Notes: a model not told the origin generated them from the letters alone. DNA of 64,000 bases from an uncultured Planctomycetota bacterium (GCA_963849325.1 CAWKHF010000001.1:160001-224000), one strand, 5' to 3'. Positions 21,483 through 36,350 are shown, counted from the stretch's first letter. Translations and numbers: made by a program.

Positions 21483-22563
21483 TTACTTGCCGCCTGACTT
21501 CTCCAGTTGTTTGAAGTAGGACTCGATGGCATCACGGTACTTGGCGGGCATGCCGCGCGTCAACTCGGTCATGGCCTTGACGCGCTCGCGTTCCGGCAGT
21601 TTGCCCCAGACCTCGGCGTACTCCTTGAGCTTCTTGGTATCGACCTGCCCCGCCATGGCCGGAGCGTTGGGCAGAGCGCTATCGCCGGCCGGGCTGGAGG
21701 AGCGGTTGCCATTGGGCAAGCCGGGCGAGCCGCCCGAAGGACAACAACCGCCGTTGCACTGGCCGCAGCCCTTGCACTTGTTCTCCAGCTCCTTGATCTT
21801 CTCGTCGAGCTTGACCAGCACTTCGCGCTGCATGGCCCGCGTCTTGGGTCCGCCGCGGGTCAGGTCGAGGCGGTCCTTGATGACGCCCATCTTGCGAGCG
21901 ATCCAGTCCAGGTCCTTGTCCTGCCAGGTCGCCATGTCGTAGTGCATGAGCACGCCGACCATGCGGTAGCGCGCCGGCGCGTCGGCCACGTCCACCAGCA
22001 GCCGATCGATGGAGTCGTCGGCCTCGTTGCTTCATCATCAAGGCGTGCTCGGTGACGGCGCGGTGGAAGTAGTAGGCGGCGGGATCGACCACGTCCTCGC
22101 CCCGGACGCTCTTGAACGCCTCCAGCGCCTCGTCGAAGACCTTGCGGTTGGTCAGCGCCTTGGCGTAGGCCAGGCCGAGGTTGGCGCGGAAGAAGGCGGG
22201 CAGCTTGTGGTCCTTGACGAGGTTGGGCACGCTGGTCGGCGCCGGCGTCTCGGGATCGCGGGCGTCCTTGAGCAGCTGAGCGGCGGCCGGGTCGCCCAGG
22301 GTGAACGTGCCCGCCACCTTGTCCAGCAGCGGACGATCCGTCGCCCACAGGGCGTCGAACGACTTTTGGGTTGCCGCGTCCGTCTTGCCGACGCCCTTGA
22401 GCCAGGCCAGGGCTTGGGCGCGGACTGCGTCCGGGGCGGGCGCCCGGAGCTGGCTGAAGGAGGGCAGGTCCTTCAGCGGTTTCTTCTCATCCGCCTGCGT
22501 CATCCCGCCGCCCGCCAGGACGAGCGCCAGGCCGGCGACCGAAAACCAGCGAGTCCACCTCAC
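21483..22563 (-). CDS. Hypothetical secreted protein; frameshift near 22030
   Basis: GTG start with RBS AGGAG, signal peptide, helical body and C-terminal WGKLPERER...YRDAIESYFK. Confidence 0.72.
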
Positions 22564-22691
22564 GGGAGTTCTCCTGTGATCAAGGTGAAAGGTATCAGAC
22601 CCAATGGCCCATGTTCCCACAATGCTTCCGACGATGCAAGGGGCAGCCGCTGACGGCGGAGCGATGCGCTAGGTCGCCAGCGGCACGTTCG

Positions 22692-24724
22692 TCATTTCGC
22701 CTCGTTCTTGCCGGTGGCGATGTCGTGCGTCACCTTGCCGATCTTCTCCTGCCGCTTCGATAGGTCTTTCAGCTCGCTCTGGATGCGTTCGTACTGCTCA
22801 CGCTGCTCCGGCGTGGAGCCGTTCTCCGGCGGCGGGGCCTGCTCGCCGGCGTACTGCTTGCCGTACAACTCCGTGCGAGAGTTGACGCGCTTCTGCATCG
22901 AACGGATCATTTTCAACTCGGCGAGCAGGTCGATCAGCTTCGGATCGGGCGGCGGACCCGACGGGCCGGGCGGCGCCTTGCTCTTGTTCTTGTTGTCCGC
23001 CTGCGCCTTCTTCAGCGCCTCGATCATCTCCTGCAAGGTCTCGATGATCTGGTTCTCGATGGTGACGGTGACGATGCCGGTATCGGTCTTGCGGAGGCGA
23101 ACGGCGACGGTCTCCATGTCGCTCTTGACCTGCTGGAAGACCTCGGCGAAGGCGACGGCCGAACCCTCGGCCTCCAGCAACCGCAGACCGGCGGCCGCCT
23201 CCTTGACGATCTCGTCTTCCTTGTCGGACAGGACGTTGGACGCCTGCTGATCGGCGCGGGTCGGCTCGGCCTTGGGATTGCCCTTGATGACCTTGTCCAG
23301 CTCGACGGTGCCGTCGCGGACAGCGATTTGCAACGCCAGCATGTGCCGGCAGCGCGCTTCCAGCCGGGCCAGGAGCCGCTCGATCTCTTCCTCGCGGAGC
23401 TGCCGCAGAAGGTCTTCGAGCTGCTTCTTCGCCTCGTTCAGCTTGTTGAGGGCTTCCTGTTCGTCCTCGGGGGCGTCCTTGCGGTTGTCCTTGCGGAGGT
23501 TGTCTTCGGCGCGTTCCTGATACTTCTCCGCGTCTTCGATTTTCTTCTTGATCTGAGACTGCTCGGGGCTGGGCTGTTGCTGTGGCGGCGGCTTGGGACC
23601 GCTCTTGCCGCCGCTCTTGGCCTCGCTCGGCTGTCCCGGCTGTCCCGGCTGGCCGCTCTGACCAGGCTTGCCTTCACTCGGTTTGCCCTCGCCGGACTTG
23701 CCCTTGCTATCGCCCTTGCCTTCGCCCTTACCTTTGCTGTCGCCCTTCTTGGCTTCGCCGGACTTGCCGGCGCCTGGCTTACTCTCCCCGGACTTGGGAC
23801 TGCCGGGTTTGCCCGAGCCGGGCTTATCGCTCGGCTTCGGCTCACCCGACTTGCCGTCCTTGCCTTCACCGGGCTTGCCTTCTTTGTTTTCACTGCCCTT
23901 GCCGTCTTTGCCTTCTCCCTGCTTGGCGTCCTTCCCCTTGCCCTCCTTGCCTTCGCCGTCCTTGCCATCTTTCTTGTCCGCCTTGGGATCCTTGGCGTCG
24001 TCCTTGGCCTCACCGATACCTTTCTTGCCGGATTTGTTGTCCTTGCCCTCGCCTTGCTTGGCCTCCTTGCCCTGGTTGCTCTTGGGGTTGATGAGGTTGT
24101 CGGTCTGGGCCTTGACCTTGTGCTGACTGTCGGCCAGATCCTTGTTCTTGGTGCGGGGGAGGATTGTCTTGTTGAGCACCAACTCTTGCTTGCGGATGAC
24201 GTTCTTCAGCTCTTCCAGCAGACGGGTGTACTCTTCCTTCTTTTTGCGCAGCTCGGCGTCGCGGTCGTCCTTGAGCAGCAAGTCCATGATCGCGCGGAGA
24301 TCCTGCCGCAGGGCTTCGTTTTGCTTGAGGACTTCCTGGAGTTGTTCGGTGTTCTTGAAGGCGTCGTTGGTCTTGAGGGTCTCGATGAGGGAGCTGAACT
24401 TGGTGTCCACGCCTTCTTCGCTGGCCTTCTTGATGGCCTGGCGAAGGATCTTGGCCTTCTCGCGGTCTTCCGGCTTGGCGCTGTTCTCCATGCGCAGAGC
24501 CAGGCCGAGCAGCTTCTGTTTGAAGTCGTCGAACTGGCGTTTGAGGCGCTCCTGCTGCGTGGCGGCGTCCTCGATCTTGACCTTGGGATCGGCGGCGTCC
24601 TGGCGCGTTTGACGTCGCTCTTGCCCTTGGAGTCGATCTTGAGCGGCAGACGCTCTTCCGCCCGCGCGGCCAGGACGAAGGCCGTGGCCAGCACCCCTAG
24701 CACCGCCAACAGACGACGTGACAT
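22692..24724 (-). CDS. Secreted coiled-coil protein with a G/K/E/P low-complexity linker; frameshift near 24605
   Basis: MSRRLLAVLGVLATAF signal peptide, long heptad-like helices and a central GKEGK/GKPG repeat region. Confidence 0.75.
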
Positions 24725-24840
24725 GGACCATGTTCCCTCTCCCATGCTGTTGAGGGTCGGACCCCCGAAGTTCCGCGCGTCCGCGCAGTAATGACGATCC
24801 GCCGCCGCGTTACCAACAGGGACGGTTCCCCATCGTTCCC

Positions 24841-24913
24841 CTTCGTTTAGCCGCGACGCGCAGCGGAGCGCGAGAGCACTCCCGCGCTCCGCTGCGCGTC
24901 GCGGCTAAACGAA
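24841..24913. repeat. REP-like palindrome, family C (TTTAGCCGCGACGCGCAGCGGAGCGCG)
   Basis: Near-perfect hairpin; near-identical copy at 58320. Confidence 0.85.
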
Positions 24914-24916
24914 AGT

Positions 24917-27900
24917 TCACTTCTTATCGACCTTGCCGCCTCCCGTCGCCTTGCCGAAGATGGCGTCCTCCAGCTCCTCGTTGATCCTCTTGATTGTCTC
25001 GTACTGTTCCGCCTCGGTCTTCTCGATCTCGGCCAGGCGCTTGACCAGCTCGTTGATGTCGGTCATCTTCTGCATCGAGGCGAGGATTTTTCCAGGGCCA
25101 GGGTGAGGACGCGCATCTGGTCCTTGGCCGCCGAGCCGGCCTTGCGCGACGTCTCGATGCGCTCCGCCGCGGCCTGGTCCTTGCTGTCCAGCGCCGTGCG
25201 GAAGCCGGCCACCGCGTCGCGGGTGTCGTCGAAGGTGCGGTCCACGTTCTTGAGCGGATCGACGATGTTCTTCTCCACCTGGTCGATGAACTTCTGGCTG
25301 ACCTGGTTGGTCTTCATCTCACGCAGGATGCGGGCATAGGCATTGTACACTTCGCGCGTGGCATTTTGCCCCTTCTCCAGCACCTCGTTGACCTGATCGG
25401 TGCGGGCGCTCATCGGTCCCAGTTCCTCGACCTTGAGGGCCGAGCTGGACAGGTCGAGGTAGGACTGGCCGAGCTTGGCCTGCGTCTCCAGCAGGCGTTG
25501 ATACGTGGTGTCGAGGTCGCCGTACTGTTTCTCCTCCTCCTTGGCGATCTCGGTCAACAGTTCGTTCTCGGAGACGACGAAGAAGGTGAACTTTTCCTCG
25601 CTGATTTTGAGGTGCGGCTGGGGTTTGCCGTCCTTGCCTTTTTCGCTGTCGAGGTCGGTATCGACGGCTTCCAGCCACAGCTGCATCCGGTAGCGCGGCT
25701 GCGGCCGGCTCGGATCGGTCATCTTGAGTCCGGGGTTGGTCTTCCACAGCGGCAGATCGCAGCCGACCGGATCGAGGTCCGGCTGCGTCCACTCGTCGGG
25801 CTTGATCGAGAAGTTGCGCAGCAACAGGCGATACGGCTCCTTCTGCTTCTTGGCCAGCTCTTCGCGGATCGTGTCGGGATGCAGGATGGCGTCTTCCGGG
25901 CGGTCCTCCAGCGCCGCTTGAAGCGCGGCAGGAGATAGCGTTCAGCCGGGGCTTCCTCGCCTTCTTCTCGGCCAGCGTCGCCGCCTTGAGGGTGATGGCC
26001 AGGTCCAGCAGGCCGGGCAACAATCCCTGCCCGGCGGGCGCCAGGCTGGTCCCGGCCAGGAGCGGCCAGGCGGCGCGGCGATTGAGGCGAGCCGTCTCCA
26101 GGTGCGCGATGGTGTAGGCGTAGCGCACGTCGGTCAGGCCGTGATCGTCGTCCACCTGCCCCTTGAAGGGGATGCGCGCCAGGACCGTGACCATGTAGCC
26201 GCCCTGGACCTTGCGGACGATGTCGTCGGGGGCCAGCTCGCGGACTTTCGGCGGCGCATCCTCCGCCGGGATGACGACGATTTGCCGCTGGCCGGTGACG
26301 CCGTCGGTGTCGGTGAAGCGGAACAGGAAGTTCTGCTCGAAGCGGACGTTGGCGAAGGACGTGCGGAAAGTGCGGGCATCGAGCATCTCCGCCGGCGTGG
26401 CGGTAAGGGAGATGCCGGCCTTGTGCGACTTGTGCGGCACGATCGACACGGACTGCAAATCCTTGCTGGCCGTGGCCGTCAGCACGAGGTTGGTGCCGGC
26501 CGGCACGTCGATGCGCGATACCTCGCCGCCTTGCAGCGACACCTTGCTCTCCTCGAAGCGCTGTTTCTTGCCGCTCAGTTCCTCGGGATTGTCGTCGCGC
26601 TCGAGGCGATAGTACAGGTACGCCGGCCGGTCCTCCTGGCGCGTCAGCTCCTCCAGGGCCGGCGGCTCGACGACGACGACGCGGCGCGAGGCGGTGTAGT
26701 AATCCAGCCCCTTGACGTGGAAGCTGACCGTCTCCTTGAGTTCGCCGAACTGGCCGGTGTACTCGTTGTCGGCCAGCTTCTGCATGGTGGTCTGACTGCT
26801 GGTGGTGTTGCCCTTGTAGACCAGCAGGACGTCGTCGGGGACGACGAGCTTGCGCAGCAGCCGGCTCAGGGCCGGGTCGCTGGCTCGGCCTTCGAGTTGT
26901 TCGAGGACGTTGCGCATGCCCTGCTGGGCGTCGGCTTCCAGCGTCTTGTGTGTCTCGCTCTTGTCGAGGTTCAATTCGATCTCATCGAGCGTGAGTCCGG
27001 CCCGCATCTCGCGCACCTTCCAGTCGGCCGGCAGGGCGATCTCCGGCACCGGAGCGCCGAGCAACTCCGGCGTCAGGTCGAACCACGACAGCGGCCGCCA
27101 GCCCTCGGCCGGCTTCCGCTGGAACTGCGCCACCAATCTTTCCCGCTCGTCGCCGACGATGCCGCGCGAATCGAGCCAGGAGCGATACGCCTCGACGGCC
27201 TTCTTCGTCGGTGCGCCGGCGATGACGTACTTGAACGCCCGCACGCGGAGGGTCGGCGGTCGATCGCCCCGGCCGATGCGCCATTCGCCGTTGGCCGGTA
27301 CGTCCAGCAGTTCCAGGTGGGCCATGCGCGGCCAGATGACGTTTTGCAAGGAGGACGTTGCGCTCGAACCAGATTTCGGCGACCTCGTGGAACTGGCCGA
27401 AGCCCGCCGTCGTGAAACCGTAGCCCGGCGACGGCGTTGGCGGTGCAGAAGATCGTCCCCGCCAGCAGGTAGCCGCCCAGGGCCAGCACGCCGACGAGAA
27501 TGCCGCGCCACGTCAGACGCTCCCAATCGAAGACTTCCTTGATCTTCAATTGTTCGACGCGCCGCGCCGCCTCGTGGATGGTCTCCTGGACCATGGCCGC
27601 CGAGTAGCCGATGTCGGCCGCCTTCTTCGGGTCGGCCAACTCCACGGCGGTGATGAGGCGATCGCCGAGGATCTTGGGAAAGCGTCGTTCGAGCACGAGG
27701 GCCAGGGCGACGTCGCGGAACTCGCGGAACAGGCGCGTGAACACCTTGCAAGGCGAACGCCGCCGTCAGACCCGGACAAGCAGCACGACCAGCACGCCGC
27801 AGCGCACACTCCAGGGCAGCTCCTGCACCCAGTCGATGTGGAACAGACGGAAGAAGCCATAATCGAGGAGCAGCCCGATCCAGAACCACAGGGCCAGGTA

Positions 27901-28036
27901 CAGCCCCACCACGCGCCGCGCCTTCGAGGCTGACGTACAGGCGGATGTAGCGGCGCAGCCGCTCCAGCGGGCTGCGGACGCGCTTGGACGCTTCGGTCAG
28001 GTTGCGCGAACGATCCGGACTCGTGACAGTGGCCAT
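24917..28036 (-). CDS. Large membrane-anchored hypothetical protein; multiple frameshifts
   Basis: N-terminal TM helices and LALVLERRFP..LGDRLITAVEL, then Ig-like segments (DDDHGL) and a helical C-terminus. Fragments are collinear. Confidence 0.7.
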
Positions 28037-28047
28037 AAAAAAGTACC

Positions 28048-28130
28048 GAGTTCTGAGTTCTGAGTGCCAGGTTCGGAGTCCCGCGTGCTGGGTTCTTCAC
28101 TCAGAACTCAGAACTCAGAACTCAGAACTT
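28048..28130. repeat. Inverted heptamer arrays (GAGTTCT)n ... (CTCAGAA)n
   Basis: Read directly; intergenic. Confidence 0.85.
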
Positions 28131-28134
28131 TGGA

Positions 28135-31100
28135 TTATGCCAGACGCAGTAGCTTGCGCGTCAACCATTCCAGGGACAACAGGCCGACCACGCCCAGCAG
28201 CACCCAGGACATCTTGATCGGCTGATACGGCGGGTCGCGGTCCCAAACGGTGAAGCCCTCGTCCCAAACGTCCTGGATCGGCCCACGGCTGCGCAACGTC
28301 TGGATGTCCGGCTTCATGCACGTCGGGATCAGGTGGGCGTTCTTCAGGTCGAAGTACAGACGCAGCTTGTCGTCTCCGGCTTCGTTGACTTGGAGGCAGC
28401 GTCCAGCTTGGGACGTTGCAGACTGCGTTTCAGTTCCTGGCGCTCGGCGTCGCTCATGCGGCCGAGCACGTCGTCGGCCTCGCTGGCCAGCTGATACATG
28501 GTGGCGAAGTCGGGCCGGGTGTTGTCCATCTCCGGGTTGGCCTCCTTGACGCTGAAGCGCTGGGTCAGCGTGTCGCCGGTCTCCGGCATCTTGACTTGCA
28601 ACGAGTAGTCGCCGGCCGAGCGAACCTGGAAGCGGGCGCTGTACCAGCCGTCGCCGCCCGGCTTGGGCTTCATGTCGAAGGGCTTCGGCGCGACCGAATC
28701 GGGCACGTCCCGGCGGCGGCGTCAGCTTGACCTCGGGCGGCTTGGAACTCCGGAGCCAACGGCTCGCCGTCCTTGCCGTCGAACTTGCCCTCGATCTCGA
28801 TGGGCTTGTTGGCGACGTGGCTGGAGCCCATGTACAGGCGGATGCGCTTGTTGACCCGGCTCATGTTGTTCGACGCCGCGTAGTGCAGCAGCTTCGTCCA
28901 GAAACGCTCGTGGTAGGGGACGCTGTAGCTGCGCAGCCGCCACGTCTCGCCGGAGCCGAGCCAGACCACGCGGCGATTGCTGCCCTGCGAATTCAGCACG
29001 AGGTAGGGCTGCTGCGAGCCGTCCTTGAGCTTGCCGCGCGGGTCGGCGAAGCGGGCCACCACCACGGCACTGGTCTTGGCCTTCTCGACCGGATAATAGC
29101 TGTAGAAGCCGCGTATCGCGGTGTCTTGTCGCCGCTCTCCCTGCCGGTCCCGTAGAAGAAGGCGTCCCAGTCGGCCAGGAACTTGGTGACGTCGTCGCCC
29201 TCGGCGAGCTTGAGGAACTCCATGTCCGGCGTGGCGCCGCTGAAGTTGAGCGGCCAGGGTCGTTGGTCGTCGCGGTCCATGTCGTCGAGGCGGATGTCGC
29301 TGCAGCACCACCGGGTACAGGTCGAGAATCGGCTTGAGCTTGTCCTTGTACGTCGATTCGGGCCGGGCCAGCTCCAGCGTGTTGATGGGGCCGCCCACGG
29401 CGATCAGTCCGCCGCCCTTGCTCGACCCACTTCTCCACCATCTTCGAGCTGGTTGGCGGTCAACTGCGTCCAGTCGGGATCGAAGGCGACGATGACGTCG
29501 TACTGGTCCAGGGCATAAAGAGTGTCGTCCTTGTCGCCGGCTTCCAGGCGCGTCGGGAAGGAACTGAGCAGTCGTTCCGGCGGCACGTCCTGGACGATGC
29601 CGCCGCGCCGCTCGCTGACGCCGGGCGGCAGCTGCATGTGGATCGACACCTCGGCGCGTTTCTTGTCCATCTCGCGGACGAGGATGGAGCGCAAGAACTG
29701 GTAATCGCGCGTGGCGGCGCTGGCGAACAGCAGCACGCGCAGCGGCTTCTTGATCACGCGCAGGATCGACGGCTCGCTGAGGTGGAACGGCGCGGCGAAC
29801 GACTCCTGCGGATCGCGCGGCACGCGAACGTGAAAGCGCAGCTCGCCCTCGCCGGTCTCGCTCAGCTCCCACTTCTTGCCGGCGACCTCCTTGATCTCCA
29901 GGTCGATATGGGCCGGCCTTCGCCAGCGTCAGCCGCGTCGATGGGGAACTCGACCGTCGACGCGCGGCGGCGAGCTGCGATCGAACTGCACCGGGGCCGC
30001 CGGCTCCAGCGTCAGCTTCTTCGTCCGCAGCGATAGCCGGGCCGGCTTGTCCTTCTCCGAGTCGGCGTCGTTCTTGTTCGTCTGCTCGGTCAGCGTCAAC
30101 TCGAGTTCCTCGTCCTTGCCGTTCTTGTCCTTCTTCGTGTAGGTGATGTCGAGGAAAACCTTCACGGGCTTCTCGGCCAGTCCTTCGCCTTGCAGTTCGA
30201 CGACGGCGCGGAACGTGTCTTCGGGCTGCACCTGCTCGGGCACGCGCACGTCCACGATGTCGATCTTGACCTGCGGCCGTTCCTCGCCGATGCCGACGAC
30301 GAAGATGGGAATGTGAGCGGCCTTGGCGCGGGCCTCGATGTCCTCGAACGCCTTGGGCGAGCCTTCGGTGCTGCGGCCGTCGGTGAAGAGGACGACGCCC
30401 TGGACGCGGCCGTTCAGCTCGCGGTTGACCAGCGACAGCGCCGCGCTGCCGAGGTTGGTGCCGCTGAAGACGCCTGCCTCGCCGAGTTTCTGCGTCAAAA
30501 CCTGTAGCTTTTGTAGCCGTTCCTGTTCCGCGTCGCCCCACTCGACGGGAACGTCCACCTTGGTGCCGGGGTTGAGCCAGGCTTGCAGATACTCGGCCGG
30601 CAGGGGCTTCGCCTCGGGGAGTTCGACGTTGCGGTCGGCGTTGCGCGTGAAGTCCTCCCACTCTTCGCGCGTCCAGTTGCGGCTGTCCTTGAACAGCAGG
30701 TAATTCTCGTCGAGGCGGCTGGCGAAGCGGAACGCCGTCACCGGGTTCTTCGCTTCCAGGTTGGCGAGGAACTTCTTGTCGGCGTTGGTCAGGAAGGCGA
30801 GTACCTTGTCCTGCCGCGTGCTGCAGCTTTTCGCCGGGCTTGCCGCTGGAGACGTCATCGACCACTTTCGTCAGGCTCGGCGAGGTATCGAGAAGGACGA
30901 GCACCTTGCCCATGACGCGCGTCTCTTCCCAGGTCTGCTTGGCCGGCAGCAGGAAGACGCCGGCCAGCAGGACGTAGACGCCGGCGCGGAGCAGGCCCAG
31001 GAAGATGGCCCACCACGGCCCGACGCCGCGGCTGTCCTTGACGTACATCCAGACGATGTAGACGAAGGCCGGCCAGGAGGACGGCACCGAGGATCATCGG

Positions 31101-31200
31101 CCACAGCGCACCACGGAAATTCGTGACCGCGGATCGTCAACGGCTCGCTCAGCCGCCGCAAGACCCATTCCTGGTACTGGCTGGTGTTGGCTTCATTCAT
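28135..31200 (-). CDS. vWA-domain membrane protein with a class I glutamine-amidotransferase-like domain; multiple frameshifts
   Basis: MIDAS-like LLDTSPSL, GTNLG, VVLFTDGRS, YDVIVAFDPDW, GETWRLR and the C-terminal TM LSLEWLTRK. Confidence 0.78.
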
Positions 31201-31282
31201 GATACATACGTTGTCCTTGTATATCCGTAGTCGCTTGCGGCTTGGCGGGCTGCGCCAGACCGCAAGCGGCGTAAAATCGCAA

Positions 31283-34100
31283 TCACGCCGCCGCCGGCCG
31301 CGGCTGCCGCCCGCTGTCCCGGCGCCGCTTCGTTGCCCTGCAGGTGGAAGCTCAGATGCACGGCCAACGCCTGCTCGACGATGAGAATGACCAGGAAGAA
31401 CAGATACAGCCACGGCGACTCGGAGGCGTCGGGCATCTTGTTCTTGTACGCCTCATAGGTGTCGCCCGGCGAGCGCAACAGGATCGTGCCGGCTCGACTG
31501 TCCTTGGCGCGGCTCCGCTCCAGCTTGTCGCGCGCTGCGCGCCGCAGGTCGCTCTCCTTGGCGGAATCGAGGTTGAAGGCGAAGGCGCGGACCTCGGTTT
31601 GCGCCGCGGGTCCGTCCTTGCCGGTGGGGTAGAACTCGAAGGTGTAGACGCCCGGCGTGCGCGAATCGGCGGAACTCAAAGGTCAGCACGTTGTCTTTCA
31701 TGGGCAACGGCTGCTCGGGGAACTCCTGCGGCTTGATCGCGTCTTCGACCTTGCTCCTTGTCGAGATCGCGCTGCGGTTGAAACGTCCACTTGACCTTCG
31801 GCAGATAGCGGCCGGCGTCGAAGTCGAGCTGGACGCTCTCGCCGACGGTGCGGTTGAGGTCGTCGCCGGAGCTGATGAGGTAGCGCTGCAGGTCCATGAT
31901 GAAGACCTGGTAGCTCCACGATGACAGACTGCCGCCGCCCCAGTCGTTCCAGCTGCGACGCCGTGCCGGCGCTGGTCAGGATCGCGCACACCTTGCCCTT
32001 GCCGTGCGCGCGCGCCACGACGAGCGGATCGCCGTACTCGATGGTCGTGCGGAACTCGTCGAGCTGCGCCGCCAGTCCCTTCATCTTGGGGTGCGCCCAC
32101 AGCGTTTCCATGTCCGGCCGCTGCGGATCGTTCTCGGCGCCGTGGTCGTGTCGCAGGGCGTCGATGGCCTTGACCAGGTTGAACAGGTACGGCGTGGCCA
32201 GGGCGTCGCGGATCTCGTGTCTGATAGCGCTCGGCCGGCTCGACGTAGCGCGTGAAAGCGTCCGGCTCGGCCAGGGCGAGGTCGTGGGTTTGCTCGATCA
32301 GCTTGCGGCTCAGCTCCAGGGCGCGGGGCTTGTAATCGTCGATCGGATGGTTGTTGGGCAACACCACGATCTCCTCGGCCTGGATGCCGCTGGTCGGCTC
32401 GGGATCCCACTGCGAGCGCGGCAGCGCCTGGAAATAGCGGTCGAAGTTGAGGTAGCGCAGTCCGGAGCGGTTCTTGTACAGCGTCTCGGCGGCGGGGTGC
32501 TTGGGATCGCGGAACAGCAGTTTCGGCTGCTCGTCGCGGACCAGGCGGTCGCGGCGCTTCTCCTCGCGCTCCTCCGGCGGCATCAGCGCCGGTCGGGTCG
32601 AGCGGATCATACGGCTTGTTGCCGATCAGAACCGGGAACAGGCCGTTGAACTTCTTGAACAGCGTGTCGTTGTAGAAGAGCGGACGAGCCTTGTCGCCCA
32701 GGAAGTAGCACACGCTGCCGCCGTGCTGGACGTACTCCTGCACCTTCTTCAAGCGTCTTCTCGCTCTTGATCTCGCCGACGTTGAGGAAGATGACTGTCG
32801 GATACAGCTCAAGGTTGATCTTGTCGAGGTCGTCCACCTTGCAGCGTTCGATCTCGTAGGAGCGGGCGGCCAGGTAAGCGGCCTTGAGGTGGAACAGGTC
32901 GCCGCCGTCGAGGTCGGGATCCTGGCCGGTGCCGTCCACCACGAGGGTCGGTACGCGCTTGCGCACCTCGAGCACCATGTCGCGGACGTTGTCCGCTTGC
33001 AGACCGGTCTCCTCCGGCTCGATCTCGGCCGTGATGCGCACGTATTCCCGATCGAGCCGGCGCTTGCGTTCGCGGTCTTCGGGCAGGTCGGACGAGCGTA
33101 CTTCCGGCGACGGCTTCTTCTTGGCGAAGAGGAGCGTGAACTTCTCGGTGACGCTGCCATCGGCGGGGATGCGGTCGATGGGACGCGAGCCGGCGAAGGC
33201 TTCCTTGCCATCGACCTTGACGTGCAGGAACGTCTTCTTATCGCTGGAGCTGAAGTTCTGGATGGTGACGCTGAACTCGGTTTCGACGCCCTCGGCCGCG
33301 ACGCGCGCCTCGGAGCGCAGGTCGGTGATGGCGAGGTTGTCGTGGTGCAGGGCCACTTGCCGCGTCTGTCCGCGGTAAGGGTGAGCGGTGTCGATCAGGC
33401 TCAGGTGGATGCCCGATTCGACCAGCTTCTCGATGGCTTTGTTCAGTTCCTCGCCGCCTGGCCCGCTCCAATCCAGATCGCGGAAGTCGCTGACGAGATG
33501 CAGGATCTTTTGCCCCTGCTGCACGTCGTTGAACAGCGCCTGCGCCTTGTTGACGCCCTCGATGGGATCGACGTGCAGAGCCGTCGATTTGGCGAGCTTG
33601 AAGCGCCTGATCGATGTCCTCGACGGAGCGGTCGTTGAGGCGTCTGATCGAAGATGGCCGTATCGAGATCGGACAGCAGGTAAATGCGCATCTGCTGATG
33701 CGAGGGCGCCTGGGCGGCGCTGTGGGCGAGTTGCTTGATCTGCTCGCGGGCGATCTCGAAGGAGTTGGTGTTCGGCCCCTTGTCGGCGAAGTGGTCGGCC
33801 ATGCTGGGCGTATCGTCGAGGATGACGATGTGCGTGGCACCCTGGCCGGTCGGCATGGCGCCGACGAAGCGGGCGACGAGGAAGCCGGCCAGCAGGACCA
33901 GCAGGATGCGCAGCAGCCAGCAGGATCATCTGCTCGATGATGAGCCGGCGGCGGTTGCGTTTCTGCGACTTGAGGAGAAACTCCATCGCCGCCCAGCGAA
34001 TGCGCTTGAAGCGCATGCGGTTGATGAGGTGGATGAGGATCGGCGCGCTGACGAGCAGACCGCCGGCGGCCATGTACCAGGGATGCAGAAACAGTTCCAT
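31283..34100 (-). CDS. BatA-domain / vWA protein; multiple frameshifts
   Basis: N-terminal BatA motif [36 protein letters not shown] and a C-terminal TM helix. Confidence 0.82.
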
Positions 34101-34117
34101 GTATAACAAACCTCTCC

Positions 34118-34221
34118 ATTAACCACAGATGAACACAGATAAACACGGATAAGACCAAACCATTTTTATTATTTCTTTTTGTGTTTTCATCCGTGTTTAT
34201 CTGTGTTCATCTGTGGTTAAT
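34118..34221. repeat. AT-rich inverted repeat with decamer subunits ((A/G)AACAC(A/G)GAT)
   Basis: ATTAACCACAGATGAACACAGATAAACACGGAT pairs with ATCCGTGTTTATCTGTGTTCATCTGTGGTTAAT. Confidence 0.88.
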
Positions 34222-35163
34222 TCTTTTTATACTGGGCCGCGGTTGCGGACGCCTTGTTGTGCGCGCGTCCATGCGGTGGTGCAGGAACTTCGACAGCACC
34301 GCGTCGAGGTAATCGCCGGTGCGCACCAGTTGATAGTCGATGCCCAGCCGCGTGCAGCCGCGGCGCACCTCGACCAGATATTCCTCCAGCGCTTCCAGGT
34401 AGCCGTCGCGCAGGCGCGCGGATCGCACAGCAGATGCGGCAGTTCTTCCATGCCCTCGAAGCGCGTCGTGCCGGCGAACGGGAACGTCATCTCGTCGTCG
34501 TCCAGGACGTGGAAGACGAGGATGTCGTGCCGCCGCTGCGCACAGCATCTCCAGCCCCTTCAGCAGCGGCTCGCGGTCGACCAGGAAGTCCGAGATGAGG
34601 ACGATCATGCCGCGCTGCGGAATGGTCTCGGTGACGCGGCGCAGGATCTTCTCGATGTCGGTCTTCTCGCGCGGCTTGCTGACGTGCATGGCGTTGAAGA
34701 TGGCGTCGATGTGCGTCTGCTGGCTGCGCGACGGCACGATCTGCCGCACGTCCGAATCGAACGTGATGGAGCCGACCGCGTCCTGCTGGCGCAGCAGCAG
34801 GTAGGCCAGGCAGGCGCCGACGGTGCAGGCGTAGTTGTACTTGTTCAGGGCGCCGCGGCCGTAGTGCATCGACTCGCTGACGTCCACGACGAGCGTGCAG
34901 CGCAGGTTCGTCTCCGCCTCGTACTGCTTGATGTAGAAGCGATCCGTCTTGGACCAGACTTTCCAGTCGAGATGGCGGATGTCGTCGCCGGTGGTGTACT
35001 CGCGGTGCTGCACGAACTCGATGGAGTGCCCGAAGAACGGACTTTTGTGCATGCCGGAGATGAAGCCCTCGACCACCTGCCGGGCGCGCAGGTCGAGGCG
35101 GGAGATCTTGGCGATGGTGTCGGGATGCAGGAAGCGGCGCGGGTCGTCTTCTTTTACGGCCAC
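34207..35163 (-). CDS. DUF58 domain protein (vWA-like MoxR partner); internal compensating frameshifts
   Basis: GMHKSPFFGHSIEFVQHREYTTGDDIRHLDWKV, VDVSESM and LISDF motifs. Confidence 0.9.
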   Translation of the reverse strand: MAVKEDDPRRFLHPDTIAKISRLDLRARQVVEGFISGMHKSPFFGHSIEFVQHREYTTGDDIRHLDWKVWSKTDRFYIKQYEAETNLRCTLVVDVSESMHYGRGALNKYNYACTVGACLAYLLLRQQDAVGSITFDSDVRQIVPSRSQQTHIDAIFNAMHVSKPREKTDIEKILRRVTETIPQRGMIVLISDFLVDREPLLKGLEMLCAAAARHPRLPRPGRRRDDVPVRRHDALRGHGRTAASAVRSARLRDGYLEALEEYLVEVRRGCTRLGIDYQLVRTGDYLDAVLSKFLHHRMDARTTRRPQPRPSIKRINHR

Positions 35164-35242
35164 GGGTGCGCTACCTCAAGGTCAGCCGCTCGCGGCAGTT
35201 AGCGATTGCGCGCCGCAAGCCGCGCTACGCGGCGGCGGATAA

Positions 35243-36350
<1,108 letters not shown>

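Noticed and set aside
23560-24080. Repetitive DNA suggesting a tandem-repeat element
   Set aside because: It is low-complexity G/K/E/P coding sequence inside one long ORF.
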